A DNA stretch of 64,000 nt from Nitrospirota bacterium (GTDB taxonomy: Bacteria > Nitrospirota > Thermodesulfovibrionia > Thermodesulfovibrionales > JdFR-86), in assembly GCA_963721805.1 (NCBI GenBank), contig CAVRJY010000002.1:512001-576000 (forward strand), in the 5' to 3' direction. Positions 1 through 10,985 of the stretch are shown in pieces. Position 1 is the stretch's first letter, and each line of letters starts with the position of its first letter. The notes beneath the pieces were generated by a model that saw nothing but the letters and a program-made list of their open reading frames with translations, was not told the DNA's origin and did not search any database. A program made the translations under genes and the position numbers.

Positions 1-583
1 ACGGACGCGCGATTACGCGGCAGACGTTATGCGGCGGTTTGAGGATGTCGCGCGCGATCAGGCAGATGCGGTAAAGCTCGTCTACCGGGACGACCTCCTC
101 GTGGGCCGCGATCTGAAACACGCTGTCGCCGGAGGTATAGACGATAAGGTCCCCTGTGCGGACGTGCTCGTCGCCGAACTCCTTTATGATCTCGGTCCCG
201 GATGCGGGCCTGTTAGCGAGAACGCCACGGCCTGTCCTGCGCCTGAATTCGTCGATGACCTCGGCCGGGAAGCCGCGAGGGTAGGTGGGGAAGGGATTTT
301 TGTTTACGATGCCCATCATCTCCCAGTGGCCGGTGATCGTGTCCTTGCCGTTTGAAAGCTCCCGCATCCTGCCCCACGAGGCCAGAGGGCGCTCGACGCG
401 GGCCACGCCCTCGATTTCGATGATGTTGCCAAGCCCCATAGACTGAAGGCACGGGAGCGTCATGCCGCCCACCGCGCGGGCCATGTTGCCAAGCGTGTTG
501 CTGCCCTCGTCGCCGTACTGAGCGGCATCGGGCATCTCGCCCGCCCCGAGGCTGTCCAGCACTATTATGAATACCCTGGGCAT
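1..583 (-). CDS. deoB: Phosphopentomutase (N-terminal part; runs off window start)
   Basis: Not in the ORF track. Manual translation from ATG 583 gives [32 protein letters not shown]...[13 protein letters not shown]...[18 protein letters not shown], all DeoB signature motifs. Confidence 0.93.
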   Translation of the reverse strand, partial: MPRVFIIVLDSLGAGEMPDAAQYGDEGSNTLGNMARAVGGMTLPCLQSMGLGNIIEIEGVARVERPLASWGRMRELSNGKDTITGHWEMMGIVNKNPFPTYPRGFPAEVIDEFRRRTGRGVLANRPASGTEIIKEFGDEHVRTGDLIVYTSGDSVFQIAAHEEVVPVDELYRICLIARDILKPPHNVCRVIARP

Positions 584-625
584 AGGGATTGATTTTACAT
601 CTCGCGAGGCAAGGTATTCAATTGC

Positions 626-1474
626 TCAGTCCTGGGCGTCCCAGAGGCGGGGGTCGAGCGCGTCGCGGAGCCCCTCGCCGACGAGGTTATAGCTGAGCAC
701 TGTTACCAGTATCGCGAGGCCCGGAAATACCGAGAGCCACCACGCGACCTCGATATGGTTCTTGCCCGAGGTAAGTATGTTGCCCCAGCTCGGGGAGGGC
801 GGCTGCACGCCCAAGCCCAGAAACGACAGGCTCGATTCAATTAGTATCGCCCCGGCCACTCCAAACGTGGCCGAGACGAAGACCGGGGAGAGCGTGTTCG
901 GCAATATATGCCTGAAAATGAGCCTCAGATCGCCCGCACCCGAGGCCCGCGCGGCCGCGACGAAGTCGCGCTCCTTCATGCCCAGAAACTCGGCCCGCAC
1001 GAGCCGCGCCACGTCCATCCATCCGGTGACGCCTATGACGACCATGATCGTCGAGAGGCTCGGCTCGAGTATCGCGATCACCGCGAGGATCAGAAAGAAG
1101 GTCGGGAACGTGAGCATCACGTCGACGAACCGCATCAGCACCGCGTCGACCTTGCCGCCATAATAGCCCGCGAGCGAGCCTATGGAAACACCGATGGTTA
1201 TCGCGATGCCCACGGCAATGAAACCGACCTTCAGCGATACGCGCGAGCCCCAGATCATGCGCGAGAGCACGTCGCGGCCGAGTTCGTCCGTGCCGAAAGG
1301 GTGGTGCGCGTCAGGCGCGGCCAGTATGTTGTCGACGTCTATGTGCGTGGGGTCGAAGGGCGCGATCAGCGGGGCCGCGAGCGCGACGACAGCAAGTATG
1401 AGTATCGTCACCGCCGCTGCGCTTGAGAGCGGGTTTTTGCGGAAGCGGTGCCATATGAGCGAGCGGAGCCTCAT
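626..1474 (-). CDS. Peptide/nickel ABC transporter permease (OppC/DppC-like)
   Basis: [18 protein letters not shown]-like loop ([10 protein letters not shown]), [25 protein letters not shown]. Confidence 0.92.
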   Translation of the reverse strand: MRLRSLIWHRFRKNPLSSAAAVTILILAVVALAAPLIAPFDPTHIDVDNILAAPDAHHPFGTDELGRDVLSRMIWGSRVSLKVGFIAVGIAITIGVSIGSLAGYYGGKVDAVLMRFVDVMLTFPTFFLILAVIAILEPSLSTIMVVIGVTGWMDVARLVRAEFLGMKERDFVAAARASGAGDLRLIFRHILPNTLSPVFVSATFGVAGAILIESSLSFLGLGVQPPSPSWGNILTSGKNHIEVAWWLSVFPGLAILVTVLSYNLVGEGLRDALDPRLWDAQD

Positions 1475-2451
1475 CCGCGGCCCCTCACGCGTATGCGCGG
1501 GTCGATGAGGGCGTAAGAGATGTCAGCGATCAGGTTTCCGATGAGCGTAAGCGCCGCGCCGATCACGAGTATCCCCATGATCGTCGGATAGTCGCGCGAC
1601 ATGGTCGAGGAATAAAACAGCTGCCCCATGCCGGGTATGGCGAAGATCGTCTCGAATATCACGCTCCCTCCGATCAGGCCCGGCACCGAGAGGCCGAGTA
1701 TCGTGACTATCGGCATCAGCGCGTTACGAAGCGCATGGCGCACGATGACCGTCCGCTCGCTCAGGCCCTTGGCGCGCGCGGTGCGGATGTAGTCTTGGCG
1801 TATGACCTCGAGCATGCTCGAGCGGCTGTAGCGCGAGAGCCCGGCTATCCCGCCGAAGGCCGAGACCCCGACCGGGAGTATCAGGTGGCGGCCGATGTCG
1901 AGGCCCTTTTGGACGAGGTTCATCCCCGAGGTGTCGATGCTGCGGAAGCCGGAGATCGGCAGTATGCCCATATAGACCCCGAACAGTATCATGCACAGAA
2001 GCGCGAGCCAGAACGTGGGGGTCGAAAATCCTATGAAGACGACCATAGTCGATATCCGGTCAAAGAGCGAGTGCTGCCTGACGGCCGAAAGGACTCCAAG
2101 AGGGATCGCGATTATGAATATGAGCGCGAGGCCGAGCAGGTTTATCGTGAGGGTTATGGGAATGGTCTCTGCGATCTTCTCTATAACCGGGCGGCCGTCG
2201 ACGAACGAGGTCCCGAAGTCGAGCCTCGCGAACCTCCCGAGCCACGCGGCGTACTGCTCGTGCAGCGGCTTGTCGAGCCCGTAGAGGCGTTTCAAGTTCT
2301 CCCTCGCCTCGGCCGAACTCTTATATGACATCTCGGTCTGGACCTCGACAGGCCCGCCGGGCGCCAGGTGTATGACCGAGAACGTGATGAGCGTGATCCC
2401 GAAAAACAGCGGGACCATCATCAGGAGGCGCTTTAATATATACTCGCGCAT
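1471..2451 (-). CDS. Peptide/nickel ABC transporter permease (OppB/DppB-like)
   Basis: [42 protein letters not shown]. Confidence 0.92.
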   Translation of the reverse strand: MREYILKRLLMMVPLFFGITLITFSVIHLAPGGPVEVQTEMSYKSSAEARENLKRLYGLDKPLHEQYAAWLGRFARLDFGTSFVDGRPVIEKIAETIPITLTINLLGLALIFIIAIPLGVLSAVRQHSLFDRISTMVVFIGFSTPTFWLALLCMILFGVYMGILPISGFRSIDTSGMNLVQKGLDIGRHLILPVGVSAFGGIAGLSRYSRSSMLEVIRQDYIRTARAKGLSERTVIVRHALRNALMPIVTILGLSVPGLIGGSVIFETIFAIPGMGQLFYSSTMSRDYPTIMGILVIGAALTLIGNLIADISYALIDPRIRVRGRG

Positions 2452-2463
2452 TACGCTATTTTA

Positions 2464-5280
2464 CTATAACTCGACGACCAGCGGCCTGTGCGTCAGTACG
2501 AGATACGCTCGCGAGGGCAGGCCGAAGAGCTTCGCGGCGGCCTCCTTATAAAGCGTAAGCTGGGGCCGGTACTGCTCCCTGATGGCCGGGATCTCCGGGT
2601 CTCCGGCCGGGAAGGTCTTATAGTCATAAACATGGGCGGTGCCGTCTTTTATCACCAGCCGGTCGATCCGGCCGCTGTAGATGAACTTCCCTTTCTCCAA
2701 TACGAAAGGCAGCTCGCTGTGCGCGCCCGGCTGAGGCATCACTATCTCATCGAGAAGACCGTCGCGGTCCATGCGTGTGATGTCCTCGATGACCATCCCG
2801 AGCCGGTCCATCGCGGCCGCGTTCTCCTCGGCAAGCAGCCGTGCGGCTCGCGCGGGTATGCCGGCCTTGTCGATGATCCCGCCTGAGAGCTCGTCAAACA
2901 GGACGTGCACCACCCGGCCGACCGCCACGCCGTGCTCCCCATGGCGGCGCCTGATGAAATTCACGTCCTCCTCGGTTACGTCGCGCCACTTCTTCGGCGG
3001 TTCGTATTCGATAGGGTCCGTATGCACCGGGATGTCCTTAAGCGGCCTGCGGCGTGCGCGCTTCAGGGGCCCTTCCTTTGCGATCTCGGGTATCTCGGCC
3101 TCGGTCAGGAGCTCGAAGGGATAGGGCGTCAGCCCCGGGTGCGCGAGGTCGAAGGCCGCGTGAATCCACCCCAGCGCGCCGGGGTATTTCGGGTTGCCCT
3201 TGCTGTCGGCACCCGCTGCGCCGATCAGCGTGAGCGAGTCCATCGCCCTCGTGACAGCGACGTACAGCAGTCGCTTCTCCTCCTCCTCGGCTTTGGCCCT
3301 CAGGAGGTCGAAGAGCGGGTGGCCCCTTCTCTTTGCGCTGTCTTCCTCTATCGCGAGCTCTACCGGGCCGTACTCGTCGTCGACCGCGACCGGCCCGCTC
3401 CTGCCCGGGCCGCTGTCGTCCAGCGACGGGAAAAACACGTACGGAAACTGCAAGCCCTTGGCCGCGTGCACGGTCATGATCCGCACCGCGTCCATGTCCT
3501 CTGTGTTGATGTTCGCGCGCGGTATCTCGCGGCGGCCCCTCAAGCGGATCAGGGCCTCGCGGACCTCCAATGCGGAGCTGCCCCCCGCCTCGTACCCCTC
3601 AACGAGCGTGATGAATTTCTTGATGTTGGCCCGCCGCTCCGGCTCGGCAAACGCCTCCCAGCCCCGCGTGCGGAGCATCAGGGATTCGATCAGCAAGCCA
3701 AGCGGCACCGAAGGCGCATCCAGAAGCAGAGAGTCTATCACAGCTACGGCGTGCATGATGTCTTTCAGCGCGGAGCCTCGCATCCGCTCAAGCAGGCTCA
3801 CGCCCTCGGGCGCGTGCATCAATAGCCCTTCAAGCCGCTTGGCGTGCATCCCTAAAAGCGGCGAGCGCAGCAGGCAAAAAAGCGCATAGTCGTCCGACGG
3901 GTCCGCGATGAACGAGACGAACTCCCTGAGCATCGCGGTCTCGGGCTCGTCGAAGAACCCTATGCCCTTGAGCACCACATACGGAATGCCGTGGCTGCGC
4001 AGCTCGTCCTCGATCAACCCAAGATGCGTCCGGCCCCTAAGCAGTATCGCGATGTCCTTGTATGCCACAGGCCGCGGCGTCTCGTCCTCGATGACCGGCC
4101 GCTTCGCCTCGAGCTTGGAGCGGATCATCCGGGCCATCAGGCTGGCCTCGCGGGTGCGGAGCTCGTGCTTCCTGCTGTCTTCGGCCCGCATCAGCACGAG
4201 CTCGACCGAGCCACGGCCCGTGCGCGTCGGCTCAAACGGAGAGTAAGTCGTGCGCCACTGCTCGGGCTGATCGGGCGGCATCAGGCAGCTAAAGAGCGTG
4301 TTCGTAAAATCGATGATCTGCGGCAGGCTCCGGTAGTTTTCGCGCGCCTCGAAGTATTCGTATTCCTCCCCGAGCCACTCGTCAAAGAGCGCGCGTGCGC
4401 GTTTAAACACGCTGGGGTTGCCGCCCCTGAACATATAGATCGACTGCTTGACGTCGCCTACCAAAAAAACGGTCGGCGTGCGCCCTAGTTCGCGCTTCGC
4501 GCCCATCCCGGCCCGCCACTCCTCGGTGAGCTTCTCCAGTATCAGCCACTGCAGCGAGCTCGTGTCCTGAAACTCGTCCACCAGTATGTGGTCCGTGTGC
4601 TCGTCGAAGGAGTACAGGACGTTTGCCCACTCTGGGTTTTGGAGCAGGGCGCGGTAGGCCATGAGTTCGAGGTCGTTGAAGTCCACCTGATGGCGGAGGG
4701 ACTTCTTGCGGTTATAGATATCGAGGCATGCGAGGTATGCCTCGACGAAGGGCGTTGCCGGGGCCTCGCGCAGCATTTCTACAAACAGCCTCTGGCGGTG
4801 CAGGCCGTCGAGCACGCGCACGACCCTGCCCCAGCCCTTCAGTCCCCGCTCGGTGATCAGGCCGCTAAGCGCGGTGCCTCGCTCGCGCTCCGCCCTGAAG
4901 TGCTCATACACCGACTCCTGCCAGAGGGCCGAGGCCGTCAGCTCGTCTATGATATCCGCGGCCGGGTCGAGCCCTAGCTCGAAGGAGAACCTTCTTAACA
5001 GCTTCAGGCAAAACGAGTGTATCGTCGATATGCGCATCAGCGGCACGCGCGGCATGAGGCGGGCTAACTCCTCGGGAGTCTCCCGCCGCATGATATCGAG
5101 GATGCGGCCCTTCATCTCGGCCGCCGCCTTCTCGGTAAACGTTATGCAGAGTATCCGCTCGAGCGGCGTGCCGTCGGCCAGAAGCGCGATATACCGCCGC
5201 GCGAGCTTCTCGGTCTTGCCCGATCCCGCGGGGGACGAGATGATGACGCTCCGGTTGGTGTCCAGATAGGTTTCGCTCAT
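2464..5280 (-). CDS. addA: AddA-like UvrD/SF1 helicase with C-terminal RecB-type nuclease
   Basis: PAGSGKT, ITFTEKAA, VDEFQD, VGDVKQSIY, ENYRS, MTVHAAKGLQF, RLLYVAVTRA; C-terminal GRIDRL..DYKT..QL..Y. Confidence 0.88.
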   Translation of the reverse strand: MSETYLDTNRSVIISSPAGSGKTEKLARRYIALLADGTPLERILCITFTEKAAAEMKGRILDIMRRETPEELARLMPRVPLMRISTIHSFCLKLLRRFSFELGLDPAADIIDELTASALWQESVYEHFRAERERGTALSGLITERGLKGWGRVVRVLDGLHRQRLFVEMLREAPATPFVEAYLACLDIYNRKKSLRHQVDFNDLELMAYRALLQNPEWANVLYSFDEHTDHILVDEFQDTSSLQWLILEKLTEEWRAGMGAKRELGRTPTVFLVGDVKQSIYMFRGGNPSVFKRARALFDEWLGEEYEYFEARENYRSLPQIIDFTNTLFSCLMPPDQPEQWRTTYSPFEPTRTGRGSVELVLMRAEDSRKHELRTREASLMARMIRSKLEAKRPVIEDETPRPVAYKDIAILLRGRTHLGLIEDELRSHGIPYVVLKGIGFFDEPETAMLREFVSFIADPSDDYALFCLLRSPLLGMHAKRLEGLLMHAPEGVSLLERMRGSALKDIMHAVAVIDSLLLDAPSVPLGLLIESLMLRTRGWEAFAEPERRANIKKFITLVEGYEAGGSSALEVREALIRLRGRREIPRANINTEDMDAVRIMTVHAAKGLQFPYVFFPSLDDSGPGRSGPVAVDDEYGPVELAIEEDSAKRRGHPLFDLLRAKAEEEEKRLLYVAVTRAMDSLTLIGAAGADSKGNPKYPGALGWIHAAFDLAHPGLTPYPFELLTEAEIPEIAKEGPLKRARRRPLKDIPVHTDPIEYEPPKKWRDVTEEDVNFIRRRHGEHGVAVGRVVHVLFDELSGGIIDKAGIPARAARLLAEENAAAMDRLGMVIEDITRMDRDGLLDEIVMPQPGAHSELPFVLEKGKFIYSGRIDRLVIKDGTAHVYDYKTFPAGDPEIPAIREQYRPQLTLYKEAAAKLFGLPSRAYLVLTHRPLVVEL

Positions 5281-7901
5281 GCTGTCCCCTGTATAAACGG
5301 GCAGTACGGGGCCTCGTGGCAGGTCCTGCAGATGCCCTCCTCGATCGGGCTGGCCGGGTATGCGCCCGAGCGCATCGCCGAGGCGGTCTCGACCAGATAG
5401 GCGGTGGCGGCGTCGATAAATTCGTCAAGGGGGACGATGGGCTTGCGCCTGCCGGGGATGAACGTGGCCTTCATGTCCTTTAGCGAGTACATGCATATGC
5501 GGTCTACAGGCACCCCGGTCAGCCGGAGCATCGCCGCATATAGCGGAAGCTGCAAGCTCTCGCCTCGCTCAAGGATACCCTTCTGGCTTATGGACGCGCC
5601 GCCGGTCTTGAAGTCGATCACGAGCGCGCCGCCGGTCTTACTATCCACGCGGTCGGCCTTGCCCACGAGGCTGACGCCCTCTATCTCGCCCTCGATCTTC
5701 GACTCGGCCGAGCCGAAGAAATATCCCTCGCTCCTGAGCGAGGTCTCGAACTTGTGGATATCCGGGATCGCGGCCATGAAGCTCTCTTTGAGCAGCCGCC
5801 TGAAAAAAGCATCGAGTACGGTTGTCTTTTTGAGCTCGGCCTCGACGATGCGCTGCGCGCGCGTGGCATACTCCGCCGGATCGGCCGAGTACTGCGGCCC
5901 CAGGCGCTCCATGATCCTGTGCGCGGCTATCCCTATGGTCTCGGGCTCGATCTCGTATTCGAGTACTCTAAGCGGCTCGAGGTCGAGGATGCGCTCGATG
6001 TAAAACCTCCTCGGACAGCGGCGGTACGCGTCTATGTCGGTCACGCGTATCGGCCTGTCGAGCCCGTGTTTTGCCGCGGCTCCTATCTCCTGTACCTTGA
6101 AGGCCGCCCCCGGCCGGGCCGAGGCGACTTGCAGCTCTTCCTCGGAATATATGCCCGCGACCGTGCGCTGAACCTCCGTCGCCCCTGAGAGAAAAAGCGA
6201 GGGGATGAAGAACTTGTCGCCCTCCATCGAGGGGTAAGAGAGCCTGAGGGCGCGAGCCGAGGCCGCGAGCCTCGTAAATACCATCTCCTGGAGCCTCAGG
6301 TGGCGCTTCATGTCCACCAGCCCCAGGTGGTGCTTGATGCTCTCAGGCATCAGGAGGTCCAGCTCGGGCTTGGCCGGGATCGCGTCGTCTCTAAGCCCGG
6401 CCAGATAGAGGCTCCAGGGCTCAAGACCCCGGATGTCCCTGAGCTCCGCAACATAGACCCCCTGCTGGTCCGCGGAGTCCTTCAAAGGACGGTCGAGCGC
6501 GACCCTGAACGCATCGATAAATCCCTTAAGGTCAGTGCCCGTCCCCATAATTTCATCGAGGGATGCAAGCAGCGTGAGTGCGGCCTCGAACTCCTCCAGG
6601 CCGTCGAATGGCTTGAATCCGAGGTCACTTAAAATATCATTTAGAGCTTCAATGAATGATGAATAACTACTTGTATTATCTGAATTATCCAGCTTGCGAA
6701 GGATGCGCATGAGCCATCTGCCATCCTCTGCCGCATCCATGGGAGTAAGGGCGGCAAGCCATGTCTCGGCGCCCGAACCGAGTTCGGCGCGCAGGCTCAG
6801 GGTTGGCGCCGCGGCGTGCAGCTTGGGGGGCATCGCGGTAAAATACGGTGACGCGAGGGCCCTGCAGAACTCAACCCTCGGATATCCTCCAGCGACCGCC
6901 TCGAGGAGCGCGAGCAGGTCTTGAAACGGGCGCAGTTGTACCGCGCGGCGCTGCCGTGAGATGCGGTACGGGACGCCGTATTTGTGGAATACGCGCTCGA
7001 CGATGGCCCTGTAGGGCTCGATGTCTGGAAAGCCGACAACAGTCTCATCCAGCCTGCGGTTCGTCCCCGAGAGGTATCCCTGCTTGATCTCGCGGGCGAT
7101 CTGCTCGACCTCCTCCTCCATCGAGCGCGCTGCGTGGTATTCGAACGCCGGGCGGGGCGGGGGCGGGGTCGCCCAGCTTTCGTCCAGCTCATACCGCTCC
7201 CTTAGGCTCTGGCTGAAACAGTGCGAGAGGTCCCCGCCGGGGTCCGAGACAGGGATAAATATCAGGGTCTCGGCAGCGGCCTCGATCAGTGTCGAGACCA
7301 CCTCTAGCTCGGCGTTGTTCATCTCGTAGTATCCGTCGATCACGAGCGTCTCGATCCTTATGTGCTCGCGTATCATTTCCGCGGATGCGGCATATAGATC
7401 GTCGTCGTCGATTGCCCCGGCGCGTTCGAGCGCTTCTTTGTAAGCATCCCAGCCGTCCATCGCCAGAAATGCGCGCTTCGAGACCTCCTCCGGGACGTTC
7501 AGCCCGGTCATCGCCTCTGAGAGTATCGCCCTGACCTCGCCGGGGGTGCGGCCAGGGAAGTGGCGCTTGAGTTCGTTGATAAACCCGGCGGTGATGCGGC
7601 TCAGCCCCATCCCCGAGCCGGTAAGCGAGCCTAGCATAAGCGGTATGAGCGTTGGGGGGACTATCCGTGAACTGCCGTAGGTCTTATGGAGGCCGCGGCA
7701 GAGGCCGCTGAGTTTCTGGAGCCGCGGCGGGCGGTAGCACTCGCCGCCTATGGACTTAAAAAGCAGCTTGCCGGCATAGAGCAGGCTGTCGGTGGGCGCT
7801 ATGTATGTGACGCCCGAGAAATCGCGTCCGGGCGATCCGCGCAGCGCGGCCTCTCGTGCCGTGCCCGCTGCGGGCGGGATGTAGTGGATACGGATACCCA
7901 T
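5277..7901 (-). CDS. addB: AddB-like PD-(D/E)XK nuclease with probable 4Fe-4S staple
   Basis: YRRCPRRF plus C-terminal CRTCHEAPYC (four Cys), GKADRVD, IDFKTG, QLPLY; overlaps the addA start. Confidence 0.85.
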   Translation of the reverse strand: MGIRIHYIPPAAGTAREAALRGSPGRDFSGVTYIAPTDSLLYAGKLLFKSIGGECYRPPRLQKLSGLCRGLHKTYGSSRIVPPTLIPLMLGSLTGSGMGLSRITAGFINELKRHFPGRTPGEVRAILSEAMTGLNVPEEVSKRAFLAMDGWDAYKEALERAGAIDDDDLYAASAEMIREHIRIETLVIDGYYEMNNAELEVVSTLIEAAAETLIFIPVSDPGGDLSHCFSQSLRERYELDESWATPPPPRPAFEYHAARSMEEEVEQIAREIKQGYLSGTNRRLDETVVGFPDIEPYRAIVERVFHKYGVPYRISRQRRAVQLRPFQDLLALLEAVAGGYPRVEFCRALASPYFTAMPPKLHAAAPTLSLRAELGSGAETWLAALTPMDAAEDGRWLMRILRKLDNSDNTSSYSSFIEALNDILSDLGFKPFDGLEEFEAALTLLASLDEIMGTGTDLKGFIDAFRVALDRPLKDSADQQGVYVAELRDIRGLEPWSLYLAGLRDDAIPAKPELDLLMPESIKHHLGLVDMKRHLRLQEMVFTRLAASARALRLSYPSMEGDKFFIPSLFLSGATEVQRTVAGIYSEEELQVASARPGAAFKVQEIGAAAKHGLDRPIRVTDIDAYRRCPRRFYIERILDLEPLRVLEYEIEPETIGIAAHRIMERLGPQYSADPAEYATRAQRIVEAELKKTTVLDAFFRRLLKESFMAAIPDIHKFETSLRSEGYFFGSAESKIEGEIEGVSLVGKADRVDSKTGGALVIDFKTGGASISQKGILERGESLQLPLYAAMLRLTGVPVDRICMYSLKDMKATFIPGRRKPIVPLDEFIDAATAYLVETASAMRSGAYPASPIEEGICRTCHEAPYCPFIQGTA

Positions 7902-7956
7902 GCCGGATAGGATACGCCAAAGGAAGCGGGCGCGGCAATTATGTCATAGTATAGGG

Positions 7957-9153
7957 ATGGAAACGGTGACATTGAAGGTACTTAAAATGCGCGTCGGCCC
8001 GGTGCACGGAAGGCACCCGTGGGTATTCTCGCAGGCGCTGGCGCATATCCCCGACGGCATGCAAAGCGGCACCCCCGTGAGGCTCGAAGACGAGAAGGGC
8101 GGGTATCTGGCCTCGGGGTACTTTAACTCATACTCGCAGATCGCCGTGAGGCTCTGGGGCTATGACCCGGCCGAAACGATTGACCGCGCGTTTTTCCTGC
8201 GCCGCATAGGGCGAGCGCTGCGGCTCCGGAAGCGTTATGTCGAGACCCCGGAGTGCGACTCCTACAGGCTCATAAACGGCGAGAGCGACCTCCTGCCGGG
8301 CCTGATCGTCGATAAGTACGCCGGGTGCCTGAGCGTGCAGTTTCACACGCCGGGCATCGAGCTCTGGAAGTCCCAGATAGTCGATGCGCTGATCGAGGCT
8401 GTATCGCCCGAGGGCATATACGAGCGCTCGGACGTCTCGGTGCGCACGCGCGAGGGGGGCGAGGGCTCAACAGGGCTGCTGTACGGCGAGGTGCCGGACG
8501 CCGTGACGATAAGGGAAAACGGACTCAGGTTTCTGGTGGACATAAAGCATGGCCAGAAGACCGGGTTTTACCTTGACCAGCGCGAGAAGCGGCGCGCTAT
8601 GATGAAATACTCCGCGGACGCCTCGGTGCTCAACTGCTTTTGCTACACCGGCGGCTTCAGCGTCTATGCGCTCGCCGGCGGGGCCAGGCGCGTCGTGAGC
8701 GTCGACGTCTCTGCCGATGCCCTAAGCCTCGCGCGCGAAAACGTGAGGCTCAACGGCCTGGACGAGGCGCGCTGCGAGTTCATCGGGGCGGACGTCAAGC
8801 GCTACCTGCGTGACGCTCCGAAGGGCGGCGAGGGTTTTGACGTGATCGTGCTCGACCCGCCTGCGTTCGTCAAAGACCGCAAGAAGAAGCCCGAGGGCCT
8901 CGCAGGGTACAGGGGCGTAAACGAGGCCGCCATGAGGCTTATATCCCCGGAAGGCGGCGTGCTTGTGGCATGCTCATGCTCGGCGCACGTATCTATGCAG
9001 GAATTCAGGTATATGCTCTCGGAGTGCGGGGGCTCTGCCCGGCGCACCTTGACGGTGCTCGAGAGCTTCACCCACGGGGCGGACCACCCGGTGCTCGTCC
9101 CGTTTTTCGAGGGCGAGTACCTGAAATGCCTCTACCTCAGGGTGAGTTCGTAG
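7957..9153 (+). CDS. rlmI: 23S rRNA m5C1962 methyltransferase, RlmI family
   Basis: PUA-like HPWVF, GESDLLPGLIVDKY, GQKTGFYLDQR, LNCFCYTGGF, DVIVLDPPAF, YLKC. Start moved to ATG 7957. Confidence 0.9.
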   Translation: METVTLKVLKMRVGPVHGRHPWVFSQALAHIPDGMQSGTPVRLEDEKGGYLASGYFNSYSQIAVRLWGYDPAETIDRAFFLRRIGRALRLRKRYVETPECDSYRLINGESDLLPGLIVDKYAGCLSVQFHTPGIELWKSQIVDALIEAVSPEGIYERSDVSVRTREGGEGSTGLLYGEVPDAVTIRENGLRFLVDIKHGQKTGFYLDQREKRRAMMKYSADASVLNCFCYTGGFSVYALAGGARRVVSVDVSADALSLARENVRLNGLDEARCEFIGADVKRYLRDAPKGGEGFDVIVLDPPAFVKDRKKKPEGLAGYRGVNEAAMRLISPEGGVLVACSCSAHVSMQEFRYMLSECGGSARRTLTVLESFTHGADHPVLVPFFEGEYLKCLYLRVSS

Positions 9154-9167
9154 GGGCTGTCGCAGGA

Positions 9168-9731
9168 TCAATTTTGAGGTTGGTTCTTGATCACGCTGTT
9201 AATGACAGCGTTTTCCCGGCTCATCGACCGGTATGCGTTCTCTATGGACTCAATCACCTGCTCGCCCCGGTCGAACTTCCACTTCAGATGCACCGCAAAG
9301 AGCGCGAGGTATGCAGCGCTCAGCACGAGCACTATTACGGTAAGGCGCAGCCAATTGCGCTTTATCAGGAAAATCGCGAGCACGGGCACGATCAGGGTAA
9401 TGATGCAGCCGGTGGCGATAAGGCCCACGGGCGTTGAGAGCGACTGCCGGATGGTCTCCCAAGCGCTCTTTCTGGTTGCCGTAGCCTCGCCCAGGGGTTT
9501 GACCCAAGGCGTGGAGTTGACGAGTGGTGCCTTCTGAGAGGCGGGTGGGGTATAGCCATCCGTGACTGAGTTGACCACCTGCGCGGATTTCCTCAGGTCC
9601 CTGGGTATCGTCTCCGGCCTGTCAGTGAGCGTCACAATTCCGTTGTGGTCGACGTATCTGTAGACGTCGGCCCGGCAGGGCGCGGAGGCCATAAGCACTA
9701 TCGCGGCGATCAAGGCAAATAATGTTCTCAT
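9168..9731 (-). CDS. Exported/membrane protein with DUF4124-like N-domain
   Basis: Signal peptide, then ADVYRYVDHNGIVTLTDRP, then two C-terminal TM helices. Confidence 0.7.
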   Translation of the reverse strand: MRTLFALIAAIVLMASAPCRADVYRYVDHNGIVTLTDRPETIPRDLRKSAQVVNSVTDGYTPPASQKAPLVNSTPWVKPLGEATATRKSAWETIRQSLSTPVGLIATGCIITLIVPVLAIFLIKRNWLRLTVIVLVLSAAYLALFAVHLKWKFDRGEQVIESIENAYRSMSRENAVINSVIKNQPQN

Positions 9732-9893
9732 TTCTAGATTATGCCTCAAATGTCCGTCCGCGTCCAGCGGGAAGGACCGGCTATCGGGCATGTGGTGGGT
9801 GGGCGGGCTTTACTTCCAAGCGGGAAATCGCCGAATATCCTATATGCGGTGCGCGGATATCCATACGCAGGCACAACCGGGAATGCGGCCGGC

Positions 9894-10985
9894 ATGACGC
9901 CAATACGCATACTCGACCCCGGCCTGAGAAAACTGGGCGGACACCATCACGACATTGATTTAAGGTTGGCACTGGAGCTGCTTGACCGAGGTTATGAGGT
10001 CACACTCCACGGCTGGGCCTCGGCCGATCCTGAACTTATCGCAGACATAAGACGCGCAGGGGTCGCCTTTCTGCCGACGTTTAGGGTGTCAGCATATGCT
10101 GATCTAGCCAGAGGGCAGAGCTATCTTGAATTGGCCCGCAAAACAAACGAAGATCTGCGAGAAGTGCCCGACGACGGTTTATGGCTCTGGCCCACTCTGG
10201 CCCCTTACCAGCTTTTGGCCGCTGCGCTCCACAGCAGGCATCCCGGTCAGCTCGGATGGCTACATCAGCGTCCCTATACTAATAAGCTCCGAGCGCGTAC
10301 CTGGGTCCTGGCCGCCGAGCTCTCGGTCTCGGCGCAGATCCCCGTTGTTTTGGGCGCATTCGAGCCGATGCTCCGCGACGCATTTGCCGCATTCTCAAGA
10401 GGTCTTACGGTTGAGCTCCTGCCCTTGCCTTACGGCGGTGCACCAAACCCGCGCAAGGCCGGCACGCTAAGACGCATAGGGTTTTTCGGGAATCAACGCA
10501 AGGAGCGCGGCATCGAGTTGCTCGAACCGCTTATCTGCCGCCTGCTGGCGCTTGGCTACGAGGTCTTGCTGCAGGATTGCAATGGCGTGCCGAATCCATG
10601 GATGGACGATCCCGGGCTTACGGTGCTCGGGTTCGTGCCTGACTTCCGCGCCGCTGTCGCTTCATGCGACCTGCTCGTCTGGCCGTCAAGGAGCGAGAAA
10701 TACCGCATGCGCATCTCAGGCGTGGTCTGCGAGGCCATAGCCAGCGGCGTGCCGGTCGTGGTGCCGTCCGGATGCGGCCCCGCCGCGCTGACCGAAAAAT
10801 ACGGCTGCGGAACGTTGTTCCACGAGTTCACGGTCGAGTCCGTGCTGGAGGCCATCGCAGAGGCGGCGTCGGGGTATCCCGCGCTATCGTCGGCCGCACG
10901 TCTGGCCGCGATCCGCTGGGGCGAGGAGCACGGGATAGGGCGGCTCGCAGCAATGGTCAGCGCGCATGCCGAAGCTCTGCGCTAG
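9894..10985 (+). CDS. GT-B fold glycosyltransferase (GT4-like)
   Basis: ILDPGL..LGGHH, IGFFGNQRKERG, SGVVCEAIASGVPVV. Confidence 0.75.
   Translation: MTPIRILDPGLRKLGGHHHDIDLRLALELLDRGYEVTLHGWASADPELIADIRRAGVAFLPTFRVSAYADLARGQSYLELARKTNEDLREVPDDGLWLWPTLAPYQLLAAALHSRHPGQLGWLHQRPYTNKLRARTWVLAAELSVSAQIPVVLGAFEPMLRDAFAAFSRGLTVELLPLPYGGAPNPRKAGTLRRIGFFGNQRKERGIELLEPLICRLLALGYEVLLQDCNGVPNPWMDDPGLTVLGFVPDFRAAVASCDLLVWPSRSEKYRMRISGVVCEAIASGVPVVVPSGCGPAALTEKYGCGTLFHEFTVESVLEAIAEAASGYPALSSAARLAAIRWGEEHGIGRLAAMVSAHAEALR

Noticed and set aside
626..2451. Permeases without binding protein or ATPase as a novel transporter
   Set aside because: Dispersed opp/dpp genes are common; the partners are probably elsewhere in the genome.
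6655..6690. dif site within addB
   Set aside because: Only a partial XerD-arm resemblance, no XerC arm, and it lies inside a CDS.
9810..9837. Sigma28 promoter for the glycosyltransferase (flagellin glycosylation)
   Set aside because: GCCGAATA resembles a -10, but no TAAA lies at 15-16 nt spacing.
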